Shown piece by piece: positions 44,094 to 57,987 of a DNA stretch of 64,000 bases (position 1 is the first letter of the stretch; each line of letters opens with the position of its first letter). Below the pieces are notes generated by a model that saw nothing but the letters and a program-made list of their open reading frames with translations, searched no databases and was not told the origin of the DNA. Source of the stretch: Escherichia coli (GTDB taxonomy: Bacteria; Pseudomonadota; Gammaproteobacteria; Enterobacterales; Enterobacteriaceae). The DNA lies in assembly GCF_024502345.1 (NCBI RefSeq), contig NZ_JALDNN010000001.1, one strand, 5' to 3'. The position numbers and the translations under genes were made by a program.

Positions 44094-46553
44094 ATGGACA
44101 CCGTGAATATTTATCGACTCTCTTTTGTATCCTGCCTGGTTATCGCGATGCCTTGCGCATTGGCGGTCGAATTCAACCTTAATGTTCTCGATAAATCAAT
44201 GCGCGACCGCATTGATATTTCATTATTAAAGGAAAAAGGAGTCATTGCTCCCGGTGAGTATTTTGTTAGCGTTGCGGTAAATAATAACCAAATCAGTAAC
44301 GGGCAAAAGATTAACTGGCACAAAAATGACGATAAAACCATTCCGTGCATCAATGATTTACTGGTCGATAAATTTGGCTTAAAACCTGAAGTCCGTCAGT
44401 CGTTACCATTGATAAATCAGTGCGTCGATTTTAGCTCCCGACCTGAAATGCTCTTCAATTTCGATCAAGCCAATCAGCAACTGAATATTAGTATTCCGCA
44501 AGCCTGGCTGGCGTGGCACTCAGAAAACTGGACCCCACCGTCCACATGGAAAGAAGGTGTCGCCGGTGTCCTGATGGATTACAACTTGTTTGCCAGCAGC
44601 TACCGCCCACAGGATGGCAGCAGCAGCACTAATCTTAACGCCTATGGAACAGCCGGAATCAACACGGGGGCATGGCGCTTACGCAGTGATTATCAGTTGA
44701 ATCAGACTGATAGCGATGATAACCATGAACAGTCAGGCGAAATATCACGTACCTATCTTTTTCGCCCGTTACCGCAATTAGGTTCAAAATTAACCCTCGG
44801 CGAAACGGATTTTAGTTCCAATATTTTCGACGGTTTTTCTTATACCGGCGCGGCACTGGCAAGTGACGATCGAATGTTGCCATGGGAACTACGCGGCTAC
44901 GCCCTACAAATTAGCGGTATTGCACAGACCAATGCCACGGTGACGATCAGTCAATCAGGCCGCGTCATTTACCAGAAAAAAGTCCCACCAGGCCCATTTA
45001 TCATTGACGACCTTAATCAGTCTGTTCAGGGCACACTGGATGTCAAAGTGACGGAAGAAGATGGTCGGGTGAACAATTTCCAGGTTTCGGCAGCATCGAC
45101 GTCCTTCCTGACTCGTCAGGGACAGGTTCGCTATAAACTGGCCGCGGGTCAGCCACGGCCCTCCATGTCACATCAAACTGAAAATGAAACCTTTTTTAGC
45201 AATGAAGTTTCCTGGGGGATGCTGTCAAACACCTCGCTGTACGGCGGCCTGCTGCTTTCTGGTGATGACTACCATTCTGCCGCAATGGGTATTGGGCAAA
45301 ATATGCTGTGGCTTGGTGCGCTGTCGTTTGATGTCGCGTGGGCCAGTAGCCATTTTGATACTCAGCAGGACGAGCGGGGCTTAAGCTACCGTTTTAATTA
45401 CAGCAAACAAGTGGATGCCACTAACAGCACGATTTCCCTCGCCGCTTATCGTTTCTCCGATCGTCATTTTCACAGCTACGCCAACTATCTGGATCACAAA
45501 TACAACGACAGCGATGCGCAGGACGAAAAACAGACGATCAGCTTATCCGTGGGCCAACCGATTACCCCACTAAACCTCAATCTTTACGCCAACCTGTTGC
45601 ATCAAACCTGGTGGAATGCAGACGCCTCCACGACCGCCAACATCACAGCAGGTTTTAATGTTGATATTGGTGACTGGAGAGATATCTCTATTTCGACGTC
45701 ATTCAATACAACCCATTACGAAGATAAAGATCGCGACAACCAGATTTACCTGTCGATTTCGCTCCCCTTCGGTAATGGTGGTCGGGTTGGTTATGACATG
45801 CAAAACAGTAGCCACAGCACCACACACCGCATGTCGTGGAACGATACACTGGATGAACGTAATAGCTGGGGCATGTCTGCCGGACTGCAATCCGACCGTC
45901 CTGACAATGGAGCCCAGGTGAGCGGTAACTATCAGCACCTGAGTTCAGCGGGTGAGTGGGATATTTCTGGTACCTATGCCGCCAATGATTACAGTTCCGT
46001 CAGCAGCAACTGGAGCGGTTCTTTCACCGCAACCCAATATGGTGCAGCGTTTCATCGCCGCAGCTCCACCAATGAACCACGCCTGATGGTCAGTACCGAT
46101 GGCGTGGCAGATATTCCGGTTCAGGGCAATCTCGACTACACCAACCATTTTGGCATTGCGGTGGTGCCGTTGATTTCCAGTTACCAGCCTTCCACCGTGG
46201 CGGTGAACATGAATGGCTTACCCGACGGCGTAACAGTTGCAGAAAACGTTATCAAAGAAACGTGGATTGAAGGCGCGATAGGTTACAAATCACTGGCTTC
46301 CCGTTCCGGTAAAGACGTTAACGTCATCATTCGCAACGCCAGCGGTCAGTTCCCTCCCCTCGGAGCGGATATCCGCCAGGATGACAGCGGCATTAGCGTG
46401 GGGATGGTTGGCGAGGAAGGACATGCCTGGTTAAGCGGAGTCGCTGAAAATCAAAAGTTTACCGTGGTCTGGGGTGATAGCCAGCATTGCTCGCTCCATC
46501 TTCCTGAACATATGGAAGACACCGAAAATCGCCTGATTTTACCTTGTCATTAA
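44094..46553 (+). CDS. ybgQ: Fimbrial outer-membrane usher
   Basis: About 819 aa usher-family protein; start codon choice uncertain (ORF track begins at 44052). Confidence 0.85.
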   Translation: MDTVNIYRLSFVSCLVIAMPCALAVEFNLNVLDKSMRDRIDISLLKEKGVIAPGEYFVSVAVNNNQISNGQKINWHKNDDKTIPCINDLLVDKFGLKPEVRQSLPLINQCVDFSSRPEMLFNFDQANQQLNISIPQAWLAWHSENWTPPSTWKEGVAGVLMDYNLFASSYRPQDGSSSTNLNAYGTAGINTGAWRLRSDYQLNQTDSDDNHEQSGEISRTYLFRPLPQLGSKLTLGETDFSSNIFDGFSYTGAALASDDRMLPWELRGYALQISGIAQTNATVTISQSGRVIYQKKVPPGPFIIDDLNQSVQGTLDVKVTEEDGRVNNFQVSAASTSFLTRQGQVRYKLAAGQPRPSMSHQTENETFFSNEVSWGMLSNTSLYGGLLLSGDDYHSAAMGIGQNMLWLGALSFDVAWASSHFDTQQDERGLSYRFNYSKQVDATNSTISLAAYRFSDRHFHSYANYLDHKYNDSDAQDEKQTISLSVGQPITPLNLNLYANLLHQTWWNADASTTANITAGFNVDIGDWRDISISTSFNTTHYEDKDRDNQIYLSISLPFGNGGRVGYDMQNSSHSTTHRMSWNDTLDERNSWGMSAGLQSDRPDNGAQVSGNYQHLSSAGEWDISGTYAANDYSSVSSNWSGSFTATQYGAAFHRRSSTNEPRLMVSTDGVADIPVQGNLDYTNHFGIAVVPLISSYQPSTVAVNMNGLPDGVTVAENVIKETWIEGAIGYKSLASRSGKDVNVIIRNASGQFPPLGADIRQDDSGISVGMVGEEGHAWLSGVAENQKFTVVWGDSQHCSLHLPEHMEDTENRLILPCH

Positions 46554-46567
46554 TTAAGGAAATGAAA

Positions 46568-47299
46568 ATGACATTTATGAAAGGACTACCCCTTTTGTTG
46601 TTGGTTGCCAGTCTGTGCAGCCACGCTGCACTACAACCCGATCGCACTCGTATTGTGTTTAACGCTAATGATAAAGCTACCAGTCTGCGCGTGGATAATC
46701 GTAGCGATAAACTCCCCTACCTCGCTTATTCCTGGCTCGAAAATGAAAAAGGGGAGAAAAGCGATGATCTTCTGGTCGCCCTGCCACCGATACAACGTCT
46801 GGAACCGAAAGCAACAACGCAGGTACGGATAGTAAAGCAAGCCTCGACCACAAAATTACCGGGCGATCGCGAAACGCTATTTTTCTACAATATGCGTGAA
46901 ATTCCTCCCGCCCCGGAAAAAAACAGCGACCATGCCGTTCTGCAAGTCGCCATTCAGAGTCGTATCAAGGTGTTCTGGCGACCGGCTGCATTACGCAAGA
47001 AAGCAGGAGAAAAGGTCGAACTGCAGTTACAGGTCAGCCAGCAGGGCAACCAACTGACACTGAAAAATCCTACCGCGTATTATCTGACCATTGCCTACCT
47101 GGGACGAAATGAAAAAGGCGTTCTCCCCGGCTTCAAAACCGTGATGGTTGCGCCTTTTAGTACGGTCAACACAAACACCGGAAATTATAGCGGCAGCCAG
47201 TTTTATCTCGGTTATATGGATGATTACGGCGCGTTACGCATGACGACACTCAACTGCAGCGGACAATGCCGTTTACAAGCCGTGGAGGCGAAGAAATGA
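46568..47299 (+). CDS. ybgP: Fimbrial periplasmic chaperone (PapD-like)
   Basis: About 243 aa; signal peptide; start uncertain within 46544-46568. Confidence 0.85.
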   Translation: MTFMKGLPLLLLVASLCSHAALQPDRTRIVFNANDKATSLRVDNRSDKLPYLAYSWLENEKGEKSDDLLVALPPIQRLEPKATTQVRIVKQASTTKLPGDRETLFFYNMREIPPAPEKNSDHAVLQVAIQSRIKVFWRPAALRKKAGEKVELQLQVSQQGNQLTLKNPTAYYLTIAYLGRNEKGVLPGFKTVMVAPFSTVNTNTGNYSGSQFYLGYMDDYGALRMTTLNCSGQCRLQAVEAKK

Positions 47300-48357
47300 G
47301 TGCTGGCAAGGGAGTGTTGCTCGTCATCTGTCTGTTATTTCTGCCGTTGAAGTCTGCGCTTGCCCTGAACTGCTACTTTGGTTCATCCGGTGGTTCGGTA
47401 GAAAAATCAGAAGTGATTCAACCTTTTGCTGTACCAGGCAATGCCAAACCCGGCGATAAGATTTGGGAATCTGACGATATTAAAATTCCCGTCTATTGTG
47501 ACAACAATACCAACGGCAATTTTGAAAGTGAGCATGTTTACGACTGGGTAAACCCCTACCCGGGGGTGCAAGATCGCTATTATCAACTCGGCGTAACTTA
47601 CAATGGCGTTGATTATGACGCCAACCAGGGAAAAAGCCGCATCGACACTAACCAGTGTATCGACAGTAAGAACATTGACATTTATACCCCTGAGCAGATT
47701 ATCGCGATGGGATGGCAGAACAAAATTTGCTCGGGTGATCCCGCTAATATTCACATGTCGCGTACCTTTCTCGCTCGCATGCGGTTATACGTCAAAATAC
47801 GAGAAATGCCGCCGCATGATTATCAAAGTACGCTTAGCGACTATATCGTCGTGCAATTTGACGGTGCCGGTAGCGTTAACGAAGATCCTACTGCCCAAAA
47901 CCTGAAATATCATATTACCGGTCTGGAAAACATTCGCGTGCTGGATTGCAGCGTCAATTTTTCCATTTCACCGGAAACACAGGTGATTGATTTTGGTAAA
48001 TTTAATTTGCTGGATATTCGTCGCCACACAATGTCGAAAACATTCAGTATTAAGACGACAAAATCACAAAATGACCAATGCACCGACGGATTTAAAGTCA
48101 GTTCCTCCTTTTATACCGAAGAAACGTTGGTTGAAGAAGATAAAGCATTGTTGATTGGTAATGGTCTGAAGCTACGTTTGCTGGATGAAAACGCCTCGCC
48201 TTATACATTCAATAAATATACTGAATACGCCGATTTCACCAGCGATATGCTGATCTACGAAAAAACCTATACGGCTGAACTTTCGTCCATTGCAGGCACC
48301 CCCATCGAGGCTGGCCCCTTCGATACAGTGGTGCTTTTTAAGATTAACTATAACTGA
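47296..48357 (+). CDS. ybgO: Fimbrial adhesin-like protein
   Basis: About 353 aa with signal peptide; last gene of the operon; start uncertain (ORF track 47266). Confidence 0.8.
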   Translation: MSAGKGVLLVICLLFLPLKSALALNCYFGSSGGSVEKSEVIQPFAVPGNAKPGDKIWESDDIKIPVYCDNNTNGNFESEHVYDWVNPYPGVQDRYYQLGVTYNGVDYDANQGKSRIDTNQCIDSKNIDIYTPEQIIAMGWQNKICSGDPANIHMSRTFLARMRLYVKIREMPPHDYQSTLSDYIVVQFDGAGSVNEDPTAQNLKYHITGLENIRVLDCSVNFSISPETQVIDFGKFNLLDIRRHTMSKTFSIKTTKSQNDQCTDGFKVSSSFYTEETLVEEDKALLIGNGLKLRLLDENASPYTFNKYTEYADFTSDMLIYEKTYTAELSSIAGTPIEAGPFDTVVLFKINYN

Positions 48358-48508
48358 CTTGCCATGATGCCCTTTGCAGCCGGAAAGGGCATCTCTTTCA
48401 GAAAATTGCTGATTTTCCCCTTTTCCTTGATTGCTGTTATTTTTTCCTGGCCCGGCTTTCTTTATGCTGTATCGATACACCAAAGAGAAAATAATGAGGG
48501 AGCAAAGG

Positions 48509-49555
48509 ATGCCAGTTTTGCAGTGGGGAATGTTATGTGTGCTATCACTTCTCCTTTCTATTGGTTTCCTCGCGGTACATCTCCCGGCGGCATTATTACT
48601 TGGGCCGATGATCGCCGGGATCATCTTTAGTATGCGCGGGGTTACCCTGCAACTCCCCCGCTCCGCTTTTCTCGCCGCGCAGGCCATTCTTGGCTGCATG
48701 ATTGCGCAAAACTTGACCGGTTCGATCCTGACCACGCTGGCGGTTAACTGGCCGATTGTGTTAGCTATTTTACTGGTGACGTTGCTTTCCAGCGCTATCG
48801 TGGGATGGCTACTGGTGCGCTATAGCTCACTGCCCGGAAATACTGGTGCCTGGGGCTCCTCGCCTGGCGGGGCGGCGGCAATGGTCGCGATGGCGCAGGA
48901 TTACGGCGCAGATATCCGCCTGGTGGCGTTTATGCAGTATCTGCGAGTGCTGTTTGTCGCGGGGGCCGCAGTTCTGGTCACGCGAATGATGCTGGGCGAT
49001 AACGCTGAAGCGGTTAACCAGCATATCGTCTGGTTCCCGCCAGTGAGCATTAATCTCCTGCTTACTATTTTGCTCGCGGTCGTTGCCGGTACAGTGGGAT
49101 GCCTGCTGCGTCTTCCTTCCGGCACGATGCTCATCCCGATGCTGGCGGGCGCAGTGCTCCAGTCTGGTCAGCTCATCACCATCGAACTACCGGAATGGCT
49201 GCTGGCGATGGCGTATATGGCAATTGGCTGGCGGATTGGTCTTGGTTTCGATAAACAAATCTTACAGCGGGCACTACGCCCGCTACCACAAATCCTGCTG
49301 TCGATTTTTGCTCTGCTGGCTATTTGTGCGGGTATGGCGTGGGGACTGACCCGGTTTATGCACATTGATTTTATGACTGCCTACCTCGCCACCAGCCCCG
49401 GCGGGCTTGATACCGTGGCGGTCATCGCCGCAGGGAGCAATGCCGATATGGCGCTCATTATGGCGATGCAAACCCTGCGCCTGTTCAGTATTTTGCTGAC
49501 AGGGCCTGCCATTGCGCGGTTTATTTCAACCTATGCGCCGAAACGTACGGCCTAG
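48509..49555 (+). CDS. abrB: AbrB-family putative membrane transporter/regulator (AidB regulator)
   Basis: 348 aa polytopic membrane protein from MPVLQWGML; ORF-track start is an extension. Confidence 0.85.
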   Translation: MPVLQWGMLCVLSLLLSIGFLAVHLPAALLLGPMIAGIIFSMRGVTLQLPRSAFLAAQAILGCMIAQNLTGSILTTLAVNWPIVLAILLVTLLSSAIVGWLLVRYSSLPGNTGAWGSSPGGAAAMVAMAQDYGADIRLVAFMQYLRVLFVAGAAVLVTRMMLGDNAEAVNQHIVWFPPVSINLLLTILLAVVAGTVGCLLRLPSGTMLIPMLAGAVLQSGQLITIELPEWLLAMAYMAIGWRIGLGFDKQILQRALRPLPQILLSIFALLAICAGMAWGLTRFMHIDFMTAYLATSPGGLDTVAVIAAGSNADMALIMAMQTLRLFSILLTGPAIARFISTYAPKRTA

Positions 49556-50343
49556 TGCTGGCAGCCCGAACACCAGTAAAACGGGCGAGATGACAGCGTG
49601 GTTTTCTCAATGATGCCGCCACAGCGTTCGCACAGTTCGCCATCACGATGAAAAACCTTAAAGCGAAACAGCGCCCCATGATGCTTATTCTCATCCACCT
49701 GCCCCCGCGTAGCGTAAGAAAACCGAGGAATATCCAGTAACGCGTGTGCGAGTGCATCCAGTTGCGCCGCATTGAGGTCTTTCGCTTTATGATTTCCAGT
49801 CAACCCAACCTGCCAGAGGATCTCCACACGCAAATAATTGCCAAGCCCAGCCAGAAACGCCTGATCGAGCAGTAATCCAGCAAACTGACGGTTACGAAAG
49901 CGCGGCGACAATAACCGTTCTTTCACCACCTCCGGCGTCAGATTCGGATCCAGCACATCGGGACCAACGCGTTGTAAAAACGGATGCGTGGTCAGTTGTT
50001 CCGGGGTCAACATCTCAATATCCGAGGCGCTATAAAGCAGAATGGTTTTGTCAGCCGTTTGCAGTTTTACCCGCAATACTCGCGTGGTCTGCGGCTCTTC
50101 GCCGGTATCAACCACGCGCCAGACGCCATAAAGCTGATTATGGCTGTAGAGCGTTAAGTCGTTGGAAAAATGAGTTAACAACGCCTTACCACGCGTTTCC
50201 ACATGGGTAACGTGTTGACCGATAAGTTGTGATTGATAAGTTTTTAACTGCGGGAAGGCAAACCAGACATCAGTTAGTGGTTTGCCTTTGATCGCCGCCT
50301 CCAGGTTATCCGCTGCACGGCGGATCTCCGGGCCTTCAGGCAT
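49552..50343 (-). CDS. nei: Endonuclease VIII (DNA glycosylase/AP lyase)
   Basis: 263 aa; N-terminal MPEGPEI and C-terminal zinc finger (CxxC...CxxC). Confidence 0.93.
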   Translation of the reverse strand: MPEGPEIRRAADNLEAAIKGKPLTDVWFAFPQLKTYQSQLIGQHVTHVETRGKALLTHFSNDLTLYSHNQLYGVWRVVDTGEEPQTTRVLRVKLQTADKTILLYSASDIEMLTPEQLTTHPFLQRVGPDVLDPNLTPEVVKERLLSPRFRNRQFAGLLLDQAFLAGLGNYLRVEILWQVGLTGNHKAKDLNAAQLDALAHALLDIPRFSYATRGQVDENKHHGALFRFKVFHRDGELCERCGGIIEKTTLSSRPFYWCSGCQH

Positions 50344-50378
50344 GGTGATATCCTTTTTTCATTCTTTATTAATCGGGG

Positions 50379-51113
50379 TTATGCTGCGACAACAATCCCC
50401 TTTTCGGCAAATGCAGAGCGTAGTCGGCGGGCGAACGCCAGTGCGTGCTCGCCGTCGCCATGCAGGCAGACCGTTTGCGCCGTGACCGTTGCCCATTCGC
50501 CGGTGATACTTTTGACTCTGCCGTGTTGCACCATCTCCAGCGTTTGCGCCAACGCCTGTTCTTCGTTTTCAATCAACGCGCCTGGCTGATTTCGCGGCAC
50601 CAGCGAGCCGTCAGCCTGATAACCGCGATCGGCAAACACTTCCTCGCGCGTTGTCAGGCCATATTGCTTGCCTGCACGAATCAGCTCGCTTCCTGCCAGC
50701 CCAACTAGAACCAATGCTGGATCGCAAGCGTATACCGCTCTGGCGATGGCGTCTGCCAGTTGTGCTTCTTTCGCCGCCTGGTTGTACAACATGCCGTGCG
50801 GTTTGACATGACACATTACGCCGCCTTGCGCACGGGCAATCGTTGCCAGCGCGCCAATTTGATACAGCGTCTGGGCGTAAACGGTTTCTGGCGGCAGCTG
50901 CATAGCGCTGCGACCAAAATTTTCCCTGTCGGGAAAACTCGGATGAGCGCCAATCGCGACACCATTTTTTATTGCTTCACGCACGCAAGCCTGCATGGTT
51001 TGCGCATCGCCTGCATGAAATCCACAGGCAATATTGGCAGAGGAAACCAGCGTTAATAGCTCTGCGTCGCTGGTGCAGCCTTCGCCCAGATCGGCGTTCA
51101 GGTCAATTTTCAT
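50379..51113 (-). CDS. pxpA: 5-Oxoprolinase subunit A (LamB/YcsF family)
   Basis: 244 aa. Confidence 0.88.
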   Translation of the reverse strand: MKIDLNADLGEGCTSDAELLTLVSSANIACGFHAGDAQTMQACVREAIKNGVAIGAHPSFPDRENFGRSAMQLPPETVYAQTLYQIGALATIARAQGGVMCHVKPHGMLYNQAAKEAQLADAIARAVYACDPALVLVGLAGSELIRAGKQYGLTTREEVFADRGYQADGSLVPRNQPGALIENEEQALAQTLEMVQHGRVKSITGEWATVTAQTVCLHGDGEHALAFARRLRSAFAEKGIVVAA

Positions 51114-52035
51114 TGTGCAGCCGCCACGCTAATTGTTCGAAATAACGTTGCTGATCTTGCCGCGCTTTCAGTGCCTCTTCCAATGAACACTGGACAAAAT
51201 GAATCGGCTGACCGAGCGGAATTTGCGCCAGATGGTACATATCAGCCTCAATGATACAGGCAATACGCGGGTAACCACCGGTGGTCTGTGCGTCGTTCAT
51301 CAACACAATGGGCTGCCCGTTATGCGGCACCTGCACCACGCCCGGTAACAAACCGTGAGATAACAGTTCGCGATCGGTGGTGCGTTTTAAAATTTGCCCC
51401 TGTAAGCGATAGCCCATGCGGTTACTTTGCGAGCTAAGCTGCCAGGGCGAACGCCAGAATGCATCCTGCGAGGCGCGATCGAACTCATGATATTCCGGCC
51501 CCGGCAAGGCGCGAATGCGGTTGCCCCACAGCAGCTGTTTAACGCCCTGCGCTTCCATAAAATCACGCTTCGATTTGCCAATCGGGAGTCGGTCACCATC
51601 CTTCAGTAAACGGCCTTCCAGCCCGCCAATCCCCACTTTGAGATCGGTGCTGCATGACCCCATTACCGGCGGAACATCAATACCACCCGCGACCGCCAGA
51701 TAACTGCGCATCCCGTGCTGCGGGCGTTTAAGCGTTAAACGCTGGCCTGCTTTCATCGGCAATCGCCAGCCGGTCCAGACGGCATTATCATCCAGCCGCG
51801 CTTCGCAACCGGCACCCGTCAGAGCAAACCACCCATCAGTTTCGAACTCAACCGTTAACTGACCGAGCGTGATCTCCAGCGCGGGGGCATTGGCGTCATT
51901 ACCCACCAGTAGGTTAGCAATGCGTAACGCGGGCATATCCAGTGCGCCGCAGTGGCTGATACCCGACTGGCGAAAACCGTGACGACCGCCATCCTGCACA
52001 GTGGTATACATGCCCGCACGAATAATCTTCAGCAT
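51103..52035 (-). CDS. pxpC: 5-Oxoprolinase subunit C
   Basis: 310 aa; overlaps pxpA and pxpB. Confidence 0.88.
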   Translation of the reverse strand: MLKIIRAGMYTTVQDGGRHGFRQSGISHCGALDMPALRIANLLVGNDANAPALEITLGQLTVEFETDGWFALTGAGCEARLDDNAVWTGWRLPMKAGQRLTLKRPQHGMRSYLAVAGGIDVPPVMGSCSTDLKVGIGGLEGRLLKDGDRLPIGKSKRDFMEAQGVKQLLWGNRIRALPGPEYHEFDRASQDAFWRSPWQLSSQSNRMGYRLQGQILKRTTDRELLSHGLLPGVVQVPHNGQPIVLMNDAQTTGGYPRIACIIEADMYHLAQIPLGQPIHFVQCSLEEALKARQDQQRYFEQLAWRLHNEN

Positions 52036-52685
52036 ACCCCCTCCTTTTGCGGTACAAAGCGCACGCTGTCTCCCGGACGTAATAAGATGGGTTTGTCACG
52101 CGCCGGATCAAACAGGCTGAGAGAGGTATGACCAATCAACTGCCAGCCACCCGGCGTTGCCAGCGGATAAACACCAGTCTGCGGCCCGCCGATCCCGACA
52201 GAACCTGCCGGAACGAGCAAGCGCGGTTCAGCGCGCCGTGGCGTGTGTAGTTGTTCCGGCAAACTCCCGAGATACGGGAAGCCCGGTTGAAAACCTAAAA
52301 ACCAGACCACGTATTCCACGGAGGAGTGCAATTCAACAACCTGTTTTTCGCTCAACCCGCAATGCGCCGCGACCACCGCCAAATCCGGTCCGCCTGCACC
52401 ACCGTAAACCACCGGAATTTCAATAAAGCGAGACTCAGGTTCCAGGGCCTCGCTCTCCTCCCACCAGCGTTGCAAACGCTCTATGGCATCCAGCGCCAGC
52501 GACTCAGGATTACGCAAAATCACCGTGATATTGTTCATGCCGGGAATGGCTTCAACCACATTCGGCATATCCACCAGACGCTGCGCCAGTCGCCAGATCC
52601 GTTTCTGGCTAGCCAGCGTCACCGGCGGTTCCAGTTCCAGCACTACCGCCGTTTCACCTATCAGATAACAACGCGCTCGTTGCAC
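52029..52685 (-). CDS. pxpB: 5-Oxoprolinase subunit B
   Basis: 218 aa. Confidence 0.88.
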   Translation of the reverse strand: MQRARCYLIGETAVVLELEPPVTLASQKRIWRLAQRLVDMPNVVEAIPGMNNITVILRNPESLALDAIERLQRWWEESEALEPESRFIEIPVVYGGAGGPDLAVVAAHCGLSEKQVVELHSSVEYVVWFLGFQPGFPYLGSLPEQLHTPRRAEPRLLVPAGSVGIGGPQTGVYPLATPGGWQLIGHTSLSLFDPARDKPILLRPGDSVRFVPQKEGVC

Positions 52686-52707
52686 TTTCGATCCCTCTGA
52701 TTATTCG

Positions 52708-53451
52708 TTATGCAGGATTAGGAATATCAATAAAGGTCACATCAAGATCGGTATTTTCATTCAGCCACTCGCTCAACGCGCGAATACCACCGCGTTCAGT
52801 GGCATGGTGACCCGCAGCATAAAAATGCAATCCCTGCTCGCGGGCTGAATGAATGGTCTGTTCAGAAACTTCGCCAGTAATAAAAGCATCCACGCCAAAA
52901 CGCGCGGCGCTATCGATAAAACTTTGCCCGCCGCCCGTGCACCAGGCAACACGCTGGACCACCTCAGGTCCGGTATCGCCACACCATAACGGCTTACGTC
53001 CCAGGCGCGCTTCAATCCAGGAAGCCAGCTCCAGTCCCGGCACAGGCATGGTCAGCTCACCCCACGGCACCAACGGCTCAATTTCGCCCATGACCGTGAT
53101 CCCCAGTAACGCCGCCAGCTGTGCGTTATTGCCCAGCTCAGGATGTGCGTCAAGCGGCAAATGCCAGCCATACAGGTTGATATCATTCGCCAGCAACGTT
53201 TTTAAACGGTTACGCTTCATTCCGCGAATGACCGGAGACTCTCCTTTCCAGAAGTAGCCATGATGCACAATGACCGCATCCGCGCCCAGACGCACTGCCT
53301 CATCGAGCAAAGCCTGGCTGGCGGTGACACCGGTAACAATTTTTTGCACCGTCTCTTTGCCTTCCACCTGCAAACCATTCGGCGCGTAATCACTAATCGC
53401 CGCGCTGTTCAGTTTTTCGTTAATCAGTTGTTCCAGTTCGGTGTTTTTCAT
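52708..53451 (-). CDS. ybgI: GTP cyclohydrolase 1 type 2 homologue (NIF3/YbgI family metal-binding protein)
   Basis: 247 aa. Confidence 0.88.
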   Translation of the reverse strand: MKNTELEQLINEKLNSAAISDYAPNGLQVEGKETVQKIVTGVTASQALLDEAVRLGADAVIVHHGYFWKGESPVIRGMKRNRLKTLLANDINLYGWHLPLDAHPELGNNAQLAALLGITVMGEIEPLVPWGELTMPVPGLELASWIEARLGRKPLWCGDTGPEVVQRVAWCTGGGQSFIDSAARFGVDAFITGEVSEQTIHSAREQGLHFYAAGHHATERGGIRALSEWLNENTDLDVTFIDIPNPA

Positions 53452-53538
53452 CTTCGCGCCTTCCGTATTCTGATAGCTACACCGTTAACATAGCGTTACC
53501 TCGCCTGTTCGTCGATAGCCAATCTTTTGACATATTAA

Positions 53539-55203
<1,665 letters not shown>

Positions 55204-55209
55204 TAGGCC

Positions 55210-55345
55210 AGCACCGATGCCTGATGCGACGCTTGACGCGTCTTATCAGGCCTACGCATTTCCTGCAATTTATTGAATTTGCACAAATTTGTAGGCTGGA
55301 TAAGGCGTTCACGCCGCATCCGGCATCTGGGCTCGATTGCCTGAC
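55210..55345. repeat. REP elements between dtpD and phrB
   Basis: gcctgatgcgacgcttgacgcgtcttatcaggcctac and a second copy. Confidence 0.6.
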
Positions 55346-55352
55346 GCGTCTG

Positions 55353-56771
55353 TTATTTCCCCTTCCGCGCCGCCTCATACGCTGCCAACGTTTGTACTCT
55401 CGCCTCTTTGTGCTCGACTATCGGTTGCGGATAATCCAGCTTCACACCTGCTTTCTCAGCCCACTTCCACGGCTCATGCACCGATTTCCCCGGTACATTG
55501 CGTAGTTCCGGTAGCCACTGGCGGATAAACTCGCCTTCGCGGTCAAATTTCTCGCCCTGGGTTGTCGGGTTGAAAATACGAAAATACGGCGCTGCATCAG
55601 TACCCGTAGAAGCCGCCCACTGCCAGCCACCGTTATTGGCTGCCAAATCACCATCAATCAGCTGCGACATGAAATATCGCTCGCCTTCGCGCCAGTCGAT
55701 CAATAAATCTTTCACCAGAAAACTGGCTGTAATCATCCGTAGCCTGTTATGCATCCAGCCAGTGCTGTTAAGCTGACGCATGGCAGCATCGACAATCGGG
55801 TATCCCGTTTTGCCTTCCTGCCAGGCCTGTAAATGTGCGGGATTGCTCTGCCACTGTACACGATCCGTCCAGGCAATAAATGGACGATGTTTACACAACG
55901 AGGGGTGATACGTTATCAGGTGACGGTAAAACTCGCGCCAGATCAGCTCATTAAGCCAGACACTACCGGCCCCACCGTCCAGCGCCTGCGGCTGTTCAGC
56001 CAACAAGCGATGCAAGCACTGGCGAGGCGATAACCCGCCCGTTGCCAGGCTGGCCGACAAACGGCTGGTGCCTTCCACTGCCGGAAAATCTCGTTGTTGC
56101 TCATATTCTCCGGCACCGTTCTGGCAAAACTGGCGTAATTGCGCAATCGCCGCTTTTTCTTCCACCGGAAAATGCGCAGTATCGAAAGACTGACGAGGAT
56201 AATTCAGCGTAATGGATGGCGAGGGCTCTATCGATCCGCTACTACGAACTTTTGGCGCAGCGACGCACTCCGGCATCCCTTCCCGCAGCCGTTTCAGCCA
56301 GGCATTCTTAAAAGGCGTAAAGACTTTGTACATCTCGTGATTACCGGTCATCACCGCGCCAGGCGGCAGGATCACGCTGTCATCAAATCCTTCACACACC
56401 ACGTTACGCAGCGCTCTTTCAACTTCCACATCCCGCGCCCGCTCATTCACCTCATACTGATAGTTATAAAAAAGATGAGTAACGCTGTTTTCCGCGCACA
56501 CCTGTTTAATTATTTCGACGCTGGCGGCAAAGTCATCCACTTCACGGAACAATAAAGGAATACCTTTTTCCGCAAGCGCGATTTGTAGCCCATTCAGTTG
56601 AGCATTGATAAGTTCAGCCTGACGCGGCGACATGTTATGCGTCGCCCACTGGCGTGGTGTAGCGATATATAACGCCAGCACGCGTGCAGACGAATTGCGG
56701 CAGGCGGCAGCCAGTGCGAGATTATCGTGCAGACGTAAATCCTGGCGAAACCAGACCAGATGAGTAGTCAT
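55353..56771 (-). CDS. phrB: Deoxyribodipyrimidine photolyase
   Basis: 472 aa photolyase sequence. Confidence 0.93.
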   Translation of the reverse strand: MTTHLVWFRQDLRLHDNLALAAACRNSSARVLALYIATPRQWATHNMSPRQAELINAQLNGLQIALAEKGIPLLFREVDDFAASVEIIKQVCAENSVTHLFYNYQYEVNERARDVEVERALRNVVCEGFDDSVILPPGAVMTGNHEMYKVFTPFKNAWLKRLREGMPECVAAPKVRSSGSIEPSPSITLNYPRQSFDTAHFPVEEKAAIAQLRQFCQNGAGEYEQQRDFPAVEGTSRLSASLATGGLSPRQCLHRLLAEQPQALDGGAGSVWLNELIWREFYRHLITYHPSLCKHRPFIAWTDRVQWQSNPAHLQAWQEGKTGYPIVDAAMRQLNSTGWMHNRLRMITASFLVKDLLIDWREGERYFMSQLIDGDLAANNGGWQWAASTGTDAAPYFRIFNPTTQGEKFDREGEFIRQWLPELRNVPGKSVHEPWKWAEKAGVKLDYPQPIVEHKEARVQTLAAYEAARKGK

Positions 56772-57277
56772 AAAACTCCTGAATGGCGCAAGTTAATCAC
56801 ACGCGGCCAAAGTTCGAAATAACGCTGCCCTGAAAGCCAGGCGTCAGGATAAAGCGCCATATAGTGTTTGATACGCATCAGCGGCGCAAGAAGTGGTTGC
56901 TCGCCACGGCGATAACTGTCGATAAGCGCCGCCAACTGCTGGCGTTCTGTGGAATCAATATGCGGGCGAAAATAACCCTGAACGTGCATCAAAACGTTGG
57001 TGTGATCGCGCGGGTTGGCGGGATGAGAAAGCAAAACAATTACGCGTTGGCGGTACTGGTTGTAATAGTCATCCAGATTTTGCCACTGGTGAATATCAGC
57101 CACAAACGGGCCAAGTTTGCGGTATTCCGGCTGGGAATGAGCCAGAAAGACGAGTTTATAGCGGCTGTGATAATCGAGAAGCGCCCCGCGCGTTAAGCCA
57201 TGTTCTTTCAGTCGATGTAACTCATGAAGGGCGAAGATACGGATTAGGGTGCTGTCATCAAATCGTTGCTGATTCAT
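56768..57277 (-). CDS. ybgA: DUF1722-family protein upstream of phrB
   Basis: About 169 aa from MNQQRFDD; ORF-track start is an extension; stop overlaps the phrB start. Confidence 0.8.
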   Translation of the reverse strand: MNQQRFDDSTLIRIFALHELHRLKEHGLTRGALLDYHSRYKLVFLAHSQPEYRKLGPFVADIHQWQNLDDYYNQYRQRVIVLLSHPANPRDHTNVLMHVQGYFRPHIDSTERQQLAALIDSYRRGEQPLLAPLMRIKHYMALYPDAWLSGQRYFELWPRVINLRHSGVL

Positions 57278-57378
57278 TACTGCTCCTGAACGGTTTACAG
57301 GAGTAAGTGTAGACGGCGATAAGAAAAAAACCGCCAGCGTTTCCACTAGCGGTTTTCAATGTATTCAAAACTCAGCAA

Positions 57379-57585
57379 TCAGTAAAAATCACCGGTTGCC
57401 TTTTCGGCCTGATCCATCCACACCGGTTTGTCGCTGGTTTTCGACCAGACGCGGTGCAGGTAGCTGTAAAAGCGGGCGCGGTCTTTCCAGAAAAGCATGA
57501 AAGGCAGCGCCAGAACGCCCGCTGCAACCGCATAAGTACGGCGTAAAAAGATAAGCCATGCAGGATATTCTCTGTAGAGTTCCAT
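57379..57585 (-). CDS. ybfA: Small membrane protein YbfA
   Basis: 68 aa with one hydrophobic segment. Confidence 0.75.
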
Positions 57586-57794
57586 ACTTTTCTCCCCCTT
57601 TTGTATCTACCCGGTGAATAGCACCGGAAAAATGAATTTGTTTATCTGATGAAAATAGTACCGCCTTTTGTGTAATTTTACTACTCATCCGACCACTTAT
57701 TTTTGCTTATTGATGGTTTATTTACATTCACCCTGTAATTAAGTTACACAAAAGTTAAATTAATACTAAACATTAGTTAAATCATGGCTTTTGC

Positions 57795-57820
57795 CATTTT
57801 TATACTTTTTTTACACCCCG
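57795..57820 (+). promoter_or_regulatory. KdpE operator upstream of the kdpFABC promoter
   Basis: T-rich catttttatactttttttacacccc element about 80-100 bp upstream of kdpF, matching the remembered KdpE binding region. Confidence 0.5.
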
Positions 57821-57897
57821 TCCGCAGATTTTTGCGAAATCTTTGCAGCCAGAATTCTACCCTTCCGGTATCACTTTTAGGCCACTGGAGGTGCACT

Positions 57898-57987
57898 GTG
57901 AGTGCAGGCGTGATAACCGGCGTATTGCTGGTGTTTTTATTACTGGGTTATCTGGTTTATGCCCTGATCAATGCGGAGGCGTTCTGA
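57898..57987 (+). CDS. kdpF: Kdp ATPase small subunit KdpF (29 aa, GTG start)
   Basis: GTG-initiated [29 protein letters not shown]; stop overlaps the kdpA ATG. Confidence 0.85.
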